From assembly GCA_964057225.1 (NCBI GenBank), contig OZ059900.1, positions 4,774,001 through 4,838,000 of the forward strand: a stretch of 64,000 bases of DNA, given 5' to 3'. A program made the translations under genes and the position numbers. The stretch comes from Auanema rhodensis. Its lineage: Eukaryota; Animalia; Nematoda. Shown in pieces: positions 39,169 through 52,900 of the stretch; the stretch's first letter is position 1, and each line of letters starts with the position of its first letter. The notes below the pieces were generated by a model that was not told the origin of the DNA, made no database searches, and was given only the letters and a program-made list of their open reading frames with translations.

Positions 39169-42100
39169 TCTAGACTAATATGACCATGGGAAATTCATTT
39201 AAGTTCACAGTATTCTTTTATCTTTAACGGTATCCGAGTTACAAATCAAGATCACTTTCTTTGGATACTTAGGTGGTATAGCTACCTGTTCACAAAAAAT
39301 TGGAAGTCTTGGTTACCATGCATCAAACACAATACGATAGTGTTTCTAGACCAATATGACCATGGGGACTTCATTAAAATTAACAGTATTCTTCTATCTT
39401 CAACGGTATCCGAGTTACAAATCAAGATCACTTTCTTTGGATACTTAGGTGGTATAGCTACCTGTTCACAAAAAATTGGAAGTCCTGGTTACCATGCATC
39501 AAACCCATTAAGATTGTGTTTCTAGACTAATATGACCATGGGAAATTCATTTAAGTTCACAGTATTCTTTTATCTTTAACGGTATCCGAGTTACAAATCA
39601 AGATCACTTTCTTTGGATACTTAGGTGGTATAGCTACCTGTTCACAAAAAATTGGAAGTCCTGGTTACCATGCATCAAATCCATTAAGATTGTGTTTCTA
39701 GACTAATATGACCATGGGAAATTCATTTAAGTTCACAGTATTCTTCTATCTTTAACGGTATCCGAGTTACAAATCAAGATCACTTTCTTTGGATACTTAG
39801 GTGGTATAGCTACCTGTTCACAAAAAATTGGAAGTCCTGGTTACCATGCATCAAACCCATTAAGATTGTGTTTCTAGACTAATATGACCATGGGAAATTC
39901 ATTTAAGTTCACAGTATTCTTCTATCTTTAACGGTATCCGAGTTACAAATCAAGATCACTTTCTTTGGATACTTAGGTGGTATAGCTACCTGTTCACAAA
40001 AAATTGGAAGTCCTGGTTACCATGCATCAAACCCATTAAGATTGTGTTTCTAGACTAATATGACCATGGGAAATTTATTTAAGTTCACAGTATTCTTTTA
40101 TCTTCAACGGTATCCGAGTTACAAATCAAGATCACTTTCTTTGGATACTTATGTGGTATAGCTACCTGTTCACAAAAAATTGGAAGTCTTGGTTACCATG
40201 CATCAAATCCTTTAAAATAGTGTTTCTAGACTAATATAACCATGGGGACTTCATCAAATTTCACAGTATTCTTCTATCTTTAACGGTATCCGAGTTACAA
40301 ATCAAGATCACTTTCTTTGGATACTTAGGTGGTATAGCTACCTGTTCACAAAAAATTGGAAGTCCTGGTTACCATGCATCAAACCCATTAAGATTGTGTT
40401 TCTAGACTAATATGACCATGGGAAATTCATTTAAGTTCACAGTATTCTTCTATCTTTAACGGTATCCGAGTTACAAATCAAGATCACTTTCTTTGGATAC
40501 TTAGGTGGTATAGCTACCTGTTCACAAAAAATTGGAAGTCCTGGTTACCATGCATCAAACCCATTAAAATTGTGTTTCTAGACTAATATGACCATGGGAA
40601 ATTTATTTAAGTTCACAGTATTCTTTTATCTTCAACGGTATCCCAGTTACAAATCAAGATCACTTTCTTTGGATACTTATGTGGTATAGCTACCTGTTCA
40701 CAAAAAATTGGAAGTCTTGGTTACCATGCATCAAACCCATTAAGATTGTGTTTCTAGACTAATATGACCATGGGAAATTCATTTAAGTTCACAGTATTCT
40801 TCTATCTTTAACGGTATCCGAGTTACAAATCAAGATCACTTTCTTTGGATACTTAGGTGGTATAGCTACCTGTTCACAAAAAATTGGAAGTCCTGGTTAC
40901 CATGCATCAAACCCATTAAGATTGTGTTTCTAGACTAATATAACCATGGGAAATTCATTTAAGTTCACAGTATTCTTCTATCTTTAACGGTATCCGAGTT
41001 ACAAATCAAGATCACTTTCTTTGGATACTTAGGTGGTATAGCTACCTGTTCACAAAAAATTGGAAGTCCTGGTTACCATGCATCAAACCCATTAAGATTG
41101 TGTTTCTAGACTAATATGACCATGGGAAATTCATTCAAGTTCACAGTATTCTTCTATCTTTAACGGTATCCGAGTTACAAATCAAGATCACTTTCTTTGG
41201 ATACTTATGTGGTATAGCTACCTGTTCACAAAAAATTGGAAGTCTTGGTTACCATGCATCAAATCCTTTAAGATAGTGTTTCTAGACTAATATGACCATG
41301 GGAAATTCATTTAAGTTCACAGTATTCTTTTATCCTTAATGGTATCCGAGTTACAAATCAAGATCACTTTCTTTGGATACTTAGGTGGTATAGCTACCTG
41401 TTCACAAAAAATTGGAAGTCTTGGTTACCATGCATCAAACACAATACGATAGTGTTTCTAGACTAATATGACCATGAAAAATTCATTTAAGTTCACAGTA
41501 TTCTTCTATCTTTAACGGTATCCGAGTTACAAATCAAGATCACTTTCTTTGGATACTTAGGTGGTATAGCTACCTGTTCACAAAAAATTGGAAGTCTTGG
41601 TTACCATGCATCAAACACAATACGATAGTGTTTCTAGACTAATATGACCATGAGAAATTCATTTAAGTTTACAGTATTCTTCTATCTTTAACGGTATCCG
41701 AGTTACAAATCAAGATCACTTTCTTTGGATACTTATGTGGTATAGCTACCTGTTCACAAAAAATTGGAAGTCTTGGTTACCATGCATCAAATCCTTTAAG
41801 ATAGTGTTTCTAGACTAATATAACCATGGGGACTTCATCAAATTTCACAGTATTCTTCTATCTTTAACGGTATCCGAGTTACAAATCAAGATCACTTTCT
41901 TTGGATACTTAGGTGGTATAGCTACCTGTTCACAAAAAATTGGAAGTCCTGGTTACCATGCATCAAACCCATTAAGATTGTGTTTCTAGACTAATATGAC
42001 CATGGGAAATTCATTTAAGTTCACAGTATTCTTTTATCTTTAACGGTATCCGAGTTACAAATCAAGATCACTTTCTTTGGATACTTAGGTGGTATAGCTA

Positions 42101-44100
42101 CCTGTTCACAAAAAATTGGAAGTCTTGGTTACCATGCATCAAACACAATACGATAGTGTTTCTAGACCAATATGACCATGGGGACTTCATTAAAATTAAC
42201 AGTATTCTTCTATCTTCAACGGTATCCGAGTTACAAATCAAGATCACTTTCTTTGGATACTTAGGTGGTATAGCTACCTGTTCACAAAAAATTGGAAGTC
42301 CTGGTTACCATGCATCAAACCCATTAAGATTGTGTTTCTAGACTAATATGACCATGGGAAATTCATTTAAGTTCACAGTATTCTTTTATCTTTAACGGTA
42401 TCCGAGTTACAAATCAAGATCACTTTCTTTGGATACTTAGGTGGTATAGCTACCTGTTCACAAAAAATTGGAAGTCCTGGTTACCTTGCATCAAACCCAT
42501 TAAGATTGTGTTTCTAGACTAATATGACCATGGGAAATTCATTTAAGTTCACAGTATTCTTTTATCTTTAACGGTATCCGAGTTACAAATCAAGATCACT
42601 TTCTTTGGATACTTAGGTGGTATAGCTACCTGTTCACAAAAAATTGGAAGTCCTGGTTACCATGCATCAAACCCATTAAGATTGTGTTTCTAGACTAATA
42701 TGACCATGGGAAATTCATTTAAGTTCACAGTATTCTTCTATCTTTAACGGTATCCGAGTTACAAATCAAGATCACTTTCTTTGGATACTTAGGTGGTATA
42801 GCTACCTGTTCACAAAAAATTGGAAGTCCTGGTTACCATGCATCAAACCCATTAAGATTGTGTATCTAGACTAATATGACCATGGGAAATTCATTTAAGT
42901 TCACAGTATTCTTCTATCTTTAACGGTATCCGAGTTACAAATCAAGATCACTTTCTTTGGATACTTAGGTGGTATAGCTACCTGTTCACAAAAAATTGGA
43001 AGTCCTGGTTACCATGCATCAAACCCATTAAGATTGTGTTTCTAGACTAATATGACCATGGGAAATTTATTTAAGTTCACAGTATTCTTTTATCTTCAAC
43101 GGTATCCGAGTTACAAATCAAGATCACTTTCTTTGGATACTTATGTGGTATAGCTACCTGTTCACAAAAAATTGGAAGTCTTGGTTACCATGCATCAAAT
43201 CCTTTAAAATAGTGTTTCTAGACTAATATAACCATGGGGACTTCATCAAATTTCACAGTATTCTTCTATCTTTAACGGTATCCGAGTTACAAATCAAGAT
43301 CACTTTCTTTGGATACTTAGGTGGTATAGCTACCTGTTCACAAAAAATTGGAAGTCCTGGTTACCATGCATCAAACCCATTAAGATTGTGTTTCTAGACT
43401 AATATGACCATGGGAAATTTATTTAAGTTCACAGTATTCTTTTATCTTCAACGGTATACGAGTTACAAATCAAGATCACTTTCTTTGGATACTTAGGTGG
43501 TATAGCTACCTGTTCACAAAAAATTGGAAGTCCTGGTTACCATGCATCAAACCCATTAAGATTGTGTTTCTAGACTAATATGACCATGGGAAATTCATTT
43601 AAGTTCACAGTATTCTTCTATCTTTAACGGTATCCGAGTTACAAATCAAGATCACTTTCTTTGGATACTTAGGTGGTATAGCTACCTGTTCACAAAAAAT
43701 TGGAAGTCCTGGTTACCATGCATCAAACCCATTAAGATTGTGTTTCTAGACTAATATAACCATGGGAAATTCATTTAAGTTCACAGTATTCTTCTATCTT
43801 TAACGGTATCCGAGTTACAAATCAAGATCACTTTCTTTGGATACTTAGGTGGTATAGCTACCTGTTCACAAAAAATTGGAAGTCCTGGTTACCATGCATC
43901 AAACCCATTAAGATTGTGTTTCTAGACTAATATGACCATGGGAAATTCATTCAAGTTCACAGTATTCTTCTATCTTTAACGGTATCCGAGTTACAAATCA
44001 AGATCACTTTCTTTGGATACTTATGTGGTATAGCTACCTGTTCACAAAAAATTGGAAGTCTTGGTTACCATGCATCAAATCCTTTAAGATAGTGTTTCTA
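39169..44100. repeat. Duplication at a 16-17 monomer offset
   Basis: GACCAAT is at 39352/42168 (2816 bp), TTTAAAATAG at 40216/43208 (2992 bp) and ATTCAAG at 41136/43952 (2816 bp). Confidence 0.8.
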
Positions 44101-46912
44101 GACTAATATAACCATGGGGACTTCATCAAATTTCACAGTATTCTTCTATCTTTAACGGTATCCGAGTTACAAATCAAGATCACTTTCTTTGGATACTTAG
44201 GTGGTATAGCTACCTGTTCACAAAAAGTTGGAAGTCCTGGTTACCATGCATCAAACCCATTAAGATTGTGTTTCTAGACTAATATGACCATGGGAAATTC
44301 ATTTAAGTTCACAGTATTCTTCTATCTTTAACGGTATCCGAGTTACAAATCAAGATCATTTTCTTTGGATACTTAGGTGGTATAGCTACCTGTTCACAAA
44401 AAATTGGAAGTCCTGGTAACCATGCATCAAACCCATTAAGATTGTGTTTCTAGACTAATATGACCATGGGAAATTTATTTAAGTTCACAGTATTCTTTTA
44501 TCTTCAACGGTATCCGAGTTACAAATCAAGATCACTTTCTTTGGATACTTATGTGGTATAGCTACCTGTTCACAAAAAATTGGAAGTCTTGGTTACCATG
44601 CATCAAATCCTTTAAGATAGTGTTTCTAGACTAATATAACCATGGGGACTTCATCAAATTTCACAGTATTCTTCTATCTTTAACGGTATCCGAGTTACAA
44701 ATCAAGATCACTTTCTTTGGATACTTAGGTGGTATAGCTACCTGTTCACAAAAAATTGGAAGTCCTGGTTACCATGCATCAAACCCATTAAGATTGTGTT
44801 TCTAGACTAATATAACCATGGGAAATTCATTTAAGTTCACAGTATTCTTCTATCTTTAACGGTATCCGAGTTACAAATCAAGATCACTTTCTTTGGATAC
44901 TTAGGTGGTATAGCTACCTGTTCACAAAAAATTGGAAGTCCTGGTTACCATGCATCAAACCCATTAAGATTGTGTTTCTAGACTAATATGACCATGGGAA
45001 ATTCATTTAAGTTCACAGTATTCTTTTATCTTTAACGGTATCCGAGTTACAAATCAAGATCACTTTCTTTGGATACTTAGGTGGTATAGCTACCTGTTCA
45101 CAAAAAATTGGAAGTCCTGGTTACCATGCATCAAACCCATTAAGATTGTGTTTCTAGACTAATATGACCATGGGAAATTCATTCAAGCTCACAGTATTCT
45201 TCTATCTTTAACGGTATCCGAGTTACAAATCAAGATCACTTTCTTTGGATACTTATGTGGTATAGCTACCTGTTCACAAAAAGTTGGAAGTCCTGGTTAC
45301 CATGCATCAAACCCATTAAGATTGTGTTTCTAGACTAATATGACCATGGGAAATTTATTTAAGTTCACAGTATTCTTTTATCTTCAACGGTATCCGAGTT
45401 ACAAATCAAGATCACTTTCTTTGGATACTTAGGTGGTATAGCTACCTGTTCACAAAAAGTTGGAAGTCCTGGTTACCATGCATCAAACCCATTAAGATTG
45501 TGTTTCTAGACTAATATGACCATGGGAAATTCATTCAAGTTCACAGTATTCTTCTATCTTTAACGGTATCCGAGTTACAAATCAAGATCACTTTCTTTGG
45601 ATACTTATGTGGTATAGCTACCTGTTCACAAAAAGTTGGAAGTCTTGGTTACCATGCATCAAATCCTTTAAGATAGTGTTTCTAGACTAATATAACCATG
45701 GGGACTTCATCAAATTTCACAGTATTCTTCTATCTTTAACGGTATCCGAGTTACAAATCAAGATCACTTTCTTTGGATACTTAGGTGGTATAGCTACCTG
45801 TTCACAAAAAGTTGGAAGTCCTGGTTACCATGCATCAAACCCATTAAGATTGTGTTTCTAGACTAATATGACCATGGGAAATTTATTTAAGTTCACAGTA
45901 TTCTTTTATCTTCAACGGTATCCGAGTTACAAATCAAGATCATTTTCTTTGGATACTTAGGTGGTATAGCTACCTGTTCACAAAAAATTGGAAGTCCTGG
46001 TAACCATGCATCAAACCCATTAAGATTGTGTTTCTAGACTAATATGACCATGGGAAATTTATTTAAGTTCACAGTATTCTTTTATCTTCAACGGTATCCG
46101 AGTTACAAATCAAGATCACTTTCTTTGGATACTTATGTGGTATAGCTACCTGTTCACAAAAAATTGGAAGTCTTGGTTACCATGCATCAAATCCTTTAAG
46201 ATAGTGTTTCTAGACTAATATAACCATGGGGACTTCATCAAATTTCACAGTATTCTTCTATCTTTAACGGTATCCGAGTTACAAATCAAGATCACTTTCT
46301 TTGGATACTTAGGTGGTATAGCTACTTGTTCACAAAAAATTGGAAGTCCTGGTTACCATGCATCAAACCCATTAAGATTGTGTTTCTAGACTAATATAAC
46401 CATGGGAAATTCATTTAAGTTCACAGTATTCTTCTATCTTTAACGGTATCCGAGTTACAAATCAAGATCACTTTCTTTGGATACTTAGGTGGTATAGCTA
46501 CCTGTTCACAAAAAATTGGAAGTCCTGGTTACCATGCATCAAACCCATTAAGATTGTGTTTCTAGACTAATATGACCATGGGAAATTCATTTAAGTTCAC
46601 AGTATTCTTTTATCTTTAACGGTATCCGAGTTACAAATCAAGATCACTTTCTTTGGATACTTAGGTGGTATAGCTACCTGTTCACAAAAAATTGGAAGTC
46701 TTGGTTACCATGCATCAAACACAATACGATAGTGTTTCTAGACTAATATGACCATGAGAAATTCATTTAAGTTTACAGTATTCTTCTATCTTTAACGGTA
46801 TCCGAGTTACAAATCAAGATCACTTTCTTTGGATACTTAGGTGGTATAGCTACCTGTTCACAAAAAATTGGAAGTCTTGGTTACCATGCATCAAACACTA
46901 TACGATAGTGTT

Positions 46913-49900
46913 TCTAGACTAATATGACCATGGGAAATTCATTTAAGTTCACAGTATTCTTTTATCTTTAACGGTATCCGAGTTACAAATCAAGATCACT
47001 TTCTTTGGATACTTAGGTGGTATAGCTACCTGTTCACAAAAAATTGGAAGTCTTGGTTACCATGCATCAAATCCTTTGAGATAGTGTTTCTAGACTAATA
47101 TAACCATGGGGACTTCATCAAATTTCACAGTATTCTTCTATCTTCAACGGTATCCGAGTTACAAATCAAGATCACTTTCTTTGGATACTTAGGTGGTATA
47201 GCTACCTGTTCACAAAAAATTGGAAGTCCTGGTTACCATGCATCAAACCCATTAAAATTGTGTTTCTAGACTAATATGACCATGGGAAATTCATTTAAGT
47301 TTACAGTATTCTTCTATCTTTAACGGTATCCGAGTAACAAATCAAGATCACTTTCTTTGGATACTTAGGTGGTATAGCTACCTGTTCACAAAAAATTGGA
47401 AGTTTTGGTTACCATGCATCAAATCCTTTAAGATAGTGTTTCTAGACTAATATAACCATGGAGACTTCATCAAATTTTACAGTATTCTTCTATCTTTAAC
47501 GGTATCCGAGTTACAAATCAAGATCACTTTCTTTGGATACTTAGGTGGTATAGCTACCTGTTCACAAAAAATTGGAAGTCCTGGTTACCATGCATCAAAC
47601 CCATTAAGATTGTGTTTCTAGACTAATATGACCATGGGAAATTCATTTAAGTTCACAGTATTCTTCTATCTTCAACGGTATCCGAGTTACAAATCAAGAT
47701 CACTTTCTTTGGATACTTAGGTGGTATAGCTACCTGTTCACAAAAAATTGGAAGTCCTGGTTACCATGCATCAAACCCATTAAGATTGTGTTTCTAGACT
47801 AATATGACCATGGGAAATTCATTTAAGTTCACAGTATTCTTCTATCTTTAACGGTATCCGAGTTACAAATCAAGATCACTTTCTTTGGATACTTAGGTGG
47901 TATAGCTACCTGTTCACAAAAAATTGGAAGTCTTGGTTACCATGCATCAAATCCTTTGAGATAGTGTTTCTAGACTAATATAACCATGGGGACTTCATCA
48001 AATTTCACAGTATTCTTCTATCTTCAACGGTATCCGAGTTACAAATCAAGATCACTTTCTTTGGATACTCAGGTGGTATAGCTACCTGTTCACAAAAAAT
48101 TGGAAGTCTTGGTTACCATGCATCAAACACAATACGATAGTGTTTCTAGACTAATATGACCATGGGAAATTCATTTAAGTTTACAGTATTCTTCTATCTT
48201 TAACGGTATCCGAGTAACAAATCAAGATCACTTTCTTTGGATACTTAGGTGGTATAGCTACCTGTTCACAAAAAATTGGAAGTTTTGGTTACCATGCATC
48301 AAATCCTTTAAGATAGTGTTTCTAGACTAATATAACCATGGGGACTTCATCAAATTTTACAGTATTCTTCTATCTTTAACGGTATCCGAGTTACAAATCA
48401 AGATCACTTTCTTTGGATACTTAGGTGGTATAGCTACCTGTTCACAAAAAATTGGAAGTCCTGGTTACCATGCATCAAACCCATTAAAATTGTGTTTCTA
48501 GACTAATATGACCATGGGAAATTTATTTAAGTTCACAGTATTCTTTTATCTTCAACGGTATCCGAGTTACAAATCAAGATCACTTTCTTTGGATACTTAT
48601 GTGGTATAGCTACCTGTTCACAAAAAATTGGAAGTCTTGGTTACCATGCATCAAATCCTTTAAGATAGTGTTTCTAGACTAATATAACCATGGGGACTTC
48701 ATCAAATTTCACAGTATTCTTCTATCTTTAACGGTATCCGAGTTACAAATCAAGATCACTTTCTTTGGATACTTAGGTGGTATAGCTACCTGTTCACAAA
48801 AAATTGGAAGTCCTGGTTACCATGCATCAAACCCATTAAGATTGTGTTTCTAGACTAATATAACCATGGGAAATTCATTTAAGTTCACAGTATTCTTCTA
48901 TCTTTAACGGTATCCGAGTTACAAATCAAGATCACTTTCTTTGGATACTTAGGTGGTATAGCTACCTGTTCACAAAAAATTGGAAGTCTTGGTTACCATG
49001 CATCAAACACAATACGATAGTGTTTCTAGACTAATATGACCATGGGAAATTCATTTAAGTTCACAGTATTCTTTTATCTTTAACGGTATCCGAGTTACAA
49101 ATCAAGATCACTTTCTTTGGATACTTAGGTGGTATAGCTACCTGTTCACAAAAAATTGGAAGTCTTGGTTACCATGCATCAAATCCTTTGAGATAGTGTT
49201 TCTAGACTAATATAACCATGGGGACTTCATCAAATTTCACAGTATTCTTCTATCTTCAACGGTATCCGAGTTACAAATCAAGATCACTTTCTTTGGATAC
49301 TTAGGTGGTATAGCTACCTGTTCACAAAAAATTGGAAGTCCTGGTTACCATGCATCAAACCCATTAAAATTGTGTTTCTAGACTAATATGACCATGGGAA
49401 ATTCATTTAAGTTTACAGTATTCTTCTATCTTTAACGGTATCCGAGTAACAAATCAAGATCACTTTCTTTGGATACTTAGGTGGTATAGCTACCTGTTCA
49501 CAAAAAATTGGAAGTTTTGGTTACCATGCATCAAATCCTTTAAGATAGTGTTTCTAGACTAATATAACCATGGGGACTTCATCAAATTTTACAGTATTCT
49601 TCTATCTTTAACGGTATCCGAGTTACAAATCAAGATCACTTTCTTTGGATACTTAGGTGGTATAGCTACCTGTTCACAAAAAATTGGAAGTCCTGGTTAC
49701 CATGCATCAAACCCATTAAAATTGTGTTTCTAGACTAATATGACCATGGGAAATTTATTTAAGTTCACAGTATTCTTTTATCTTCAACGGTATCCGAGTT
49801 ACAAATCAAGATCACTTTCTTTGGATACTTATGTGGTATAGCTACCTGTTCACAAAAAATTGGAAGTCTTGGTTACCATGCATCAAATCCTTTAAGATAG

Positions 49901-52900
49901 TGTTTCTAGACTAATATAACCATGGGGACTTCATCAAATTTCACAGTATTCTTCTATCTTTAACGGTATCCGAGTTACAAATCAAGATCACTTTCTTTGG
50001 ATACTTAGGTGGTATAGCTACCTGTTCACAAAAAATTGGAAGTCCTGGTTACCATGCATCAAACCCATTAAGATTGTGTTTCTAGACTAATATAACCATG
50101 GGAAATTCATTTAAGTTCACAGTATTCTTCTATCTTTAACGGTATCCGAGTTACAAATCAAGATCACTTTCTTTGGATACTTAGGTGGTATAGCTACCTG
50201 TTCACAAAAAATTGGAAGTCTTGGTTACCATGCATCAAACACAATACGATAGTGTTTCTAGACTAATATGACCATGGGAAATTCATTTAAGTTCACAGTA
50301 TTCTTCTATCTTTAACGGTATCCGAGTTACAAATCAAGATCACTTTCTTTGGATACTTAGGTGGTATAGCTACCTGTTCACAAAAAATTGGAAGTCTTGG
50401 TTACCATGCATCAAACACAATACGATAGTGTTTCTAGACTAATATGACCATGGGAAATTCATTTAAGTTCACAGTATTCTTTTATCTTTAACGGTATCCG
50501 AGTTACAAATCAAGATCACTTTCTTTGGATACTTAGGTGGTATAGCTACCTGTTCACAAAAAATTGGAAGTCTTGGTTACCATGCATCAAATCCTTTGAG
50601 ATAGTGTTTCTAGACTAATATAACCATGGGGACTTCATCAAATTTCACAGTATTCTTCTATCTTCAACGGTATCCGAGTTACAAATCAAGATCACTTTCT
50701 TTGGATACTTAGGTGGTATAGCTACCTGTTCACAAAAAATTGGAAGTCCTGGTTACCATGCATCAAACCCATTAAAATTGTGTTTCTAGACTAATATGAC
50801 CATGGGAAATTCATTTAAGTTTACAGTATTCTTCTATCTTTAACGGTATCCGAGTAACAAATCAAGATCACTTTCTTTGGATACTTAGGTGGTATAGCTA
50901 CCTGTTCACAAAAAATTGGAAGTTTTGGTTACCATGCATCAAATCCTTTAAGATAGTGTTTCTAGACTAATATAACCATGGGGACTTCATCAAATTTTAC
51001 AGTATTCTTCTATCTTTAACGGTATCCGAGTTACAAATCAAGATCACTTTCTTTGGATACTTAGGTGGTATAGCTACCTGTTCACAAAAAATTGGAAGTC
51101 CTGGTTACCATGCATCAAACCCATTAAAATTGTGTTTCTAGACTAATATGACCATGGGAAATTTATTTAAGTTCACAGTATTCTTTTATCTTCAACGGTA
51201 TCCGAGTTACAAATCAAGATCACTTTCTTTGGATACTTATGTGGTATAGCTACCTGTTCACAAAAAATTGGAAGTCTTGGTTACCATGCATCAAATCCTT
51301 TAAGATAGTGTTTCTAGACTAATATAACCATGGGGACTTCATCAAATTTCACAGTATTCTTCTATCTTTAACGGTATCCGAGTTACAAATCAAGATCACT
51401 TTCTTTGGATACTTAGGTGGTATAGCTACCTGTTCACAAAAAATTGGAAGTCCTGGTTACCATGCATCAAACCCATTAAGATTGTGTTTCTAGACTAATA
51501 TAACCATGGGAAATTCATTTAAGTTCACAGTATTCTTCTATCTTTAACGGTATCCGAGTTACAAATCAAGATCACTTTCTTTGGATACTTAGGTGGTATA
51601 GCTACCTGTTCACAAAAAATTGGAAGTCTTGGTTACCATGCATCAAACACAATACGATAGTGTTTCTAGACTAATATGACCATGGGAAATTCATTTAAGT
51701 TCACAGTATTCTTTTATCTTTAACGGTATCCGAGTTACAAATCAAGATCACTTTCTTTGGATACTTAGGTGGTATAGCTACCTGTTCACAAAAAATTGGA
51801 AGTCTTGGTTACCATGCATCAAATCCTTTGAGATAGTGTTTCTAGACTAATATAACCATGGGGACTTCATCAAATTTCACAGTATTCTTCTATCTTCAAC
51901 GGTATCCGAGTTACAAATCAAGATCACTTTCTTTGGATACTTAGGTGGTATAGCTACCTGTTCACAAAAAATTGGAAGTCCTGGTTACCATGCATCAAAC
52001 CCATTAAAATTGTGTTTCTAGACTAATATGACCATGGGAAATTCATTTAAGTTTACAGTATTCTTCTATCTTTAACGGTATCCGAGTAACAAATCAAGAT
52101 CACTTTCTTTGGATACTTAGGTGGTATAGCTACCTGTTCACAAAAAATTGGAAGTTTTGGTTACCATGCATCAAATCCTTTAAGATAGTGTTTCTAGACT
52201 AATATAACCATGGGGACTTCATCAAATTTTACAGTATTCTTCTATCTTTAACGGTATCCGAGTTACAAATCAAGATCACTTTCTTTGGATACTTAGGTGG
52301 TATAGCTACCTGTTCACAAAAAATTGGAAGTCCTGGTTACCATGCATCAAACCCATTAAAATTGTGTTTCTAGACTAATATGACCATGGGAAATTTATTT
52401 AAGTTCACAGTATTCTTTTATCTTCAACGGTATCCGAGTTACAAATCAAGATCACTTTCTTTGGATACTTATGTGGTATAGCTACCTGTTCACAAAAAAT
52501 TGGAAGTCTTGGTTACCATGCATCAAATCCTTTAAGATAGTGTTTCTAGACTAATATAACCATGGGGACTTCATCAAATTTCACAGTATTCTTCTATCTT
52601 TAACGGTATCCGAGTTACAAATCAAGATCACTTTCTTTGGATACTTAGGTGGTATAGCTACCTGTTCACAAAAAATTGGAAGTCCTGGTTACCATGCATC
52701 AAACCCATTAAGATTGTGTTTCTAGACTAATATAACCATGGGAAATTCATTTAAGTTCACAGTATTCTTCTATCTTTAACGGTATCCGAGTTACAAATCA
52801 AGATCACTTTCTTTGGATACTTAGGTGGTATAGCTACCTGTTCACAAAAAATTGGAAGTCTTGGTTACCATGCATCAAACACAATACGATAGTGTTTCTA

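Noticed and set aside
39340-39525. 61-aa ORF
   Set aside because: It results from a TAA>CAA stop loss at 39352 in a satellite monomer. There is no evidence of coding function.
42156-42341. 61-aa ORF identical to that at 39340
   Set aside because: It is a passive copy within the 16-monomer duplication (offset 2816 bp), not conservation of a protein.
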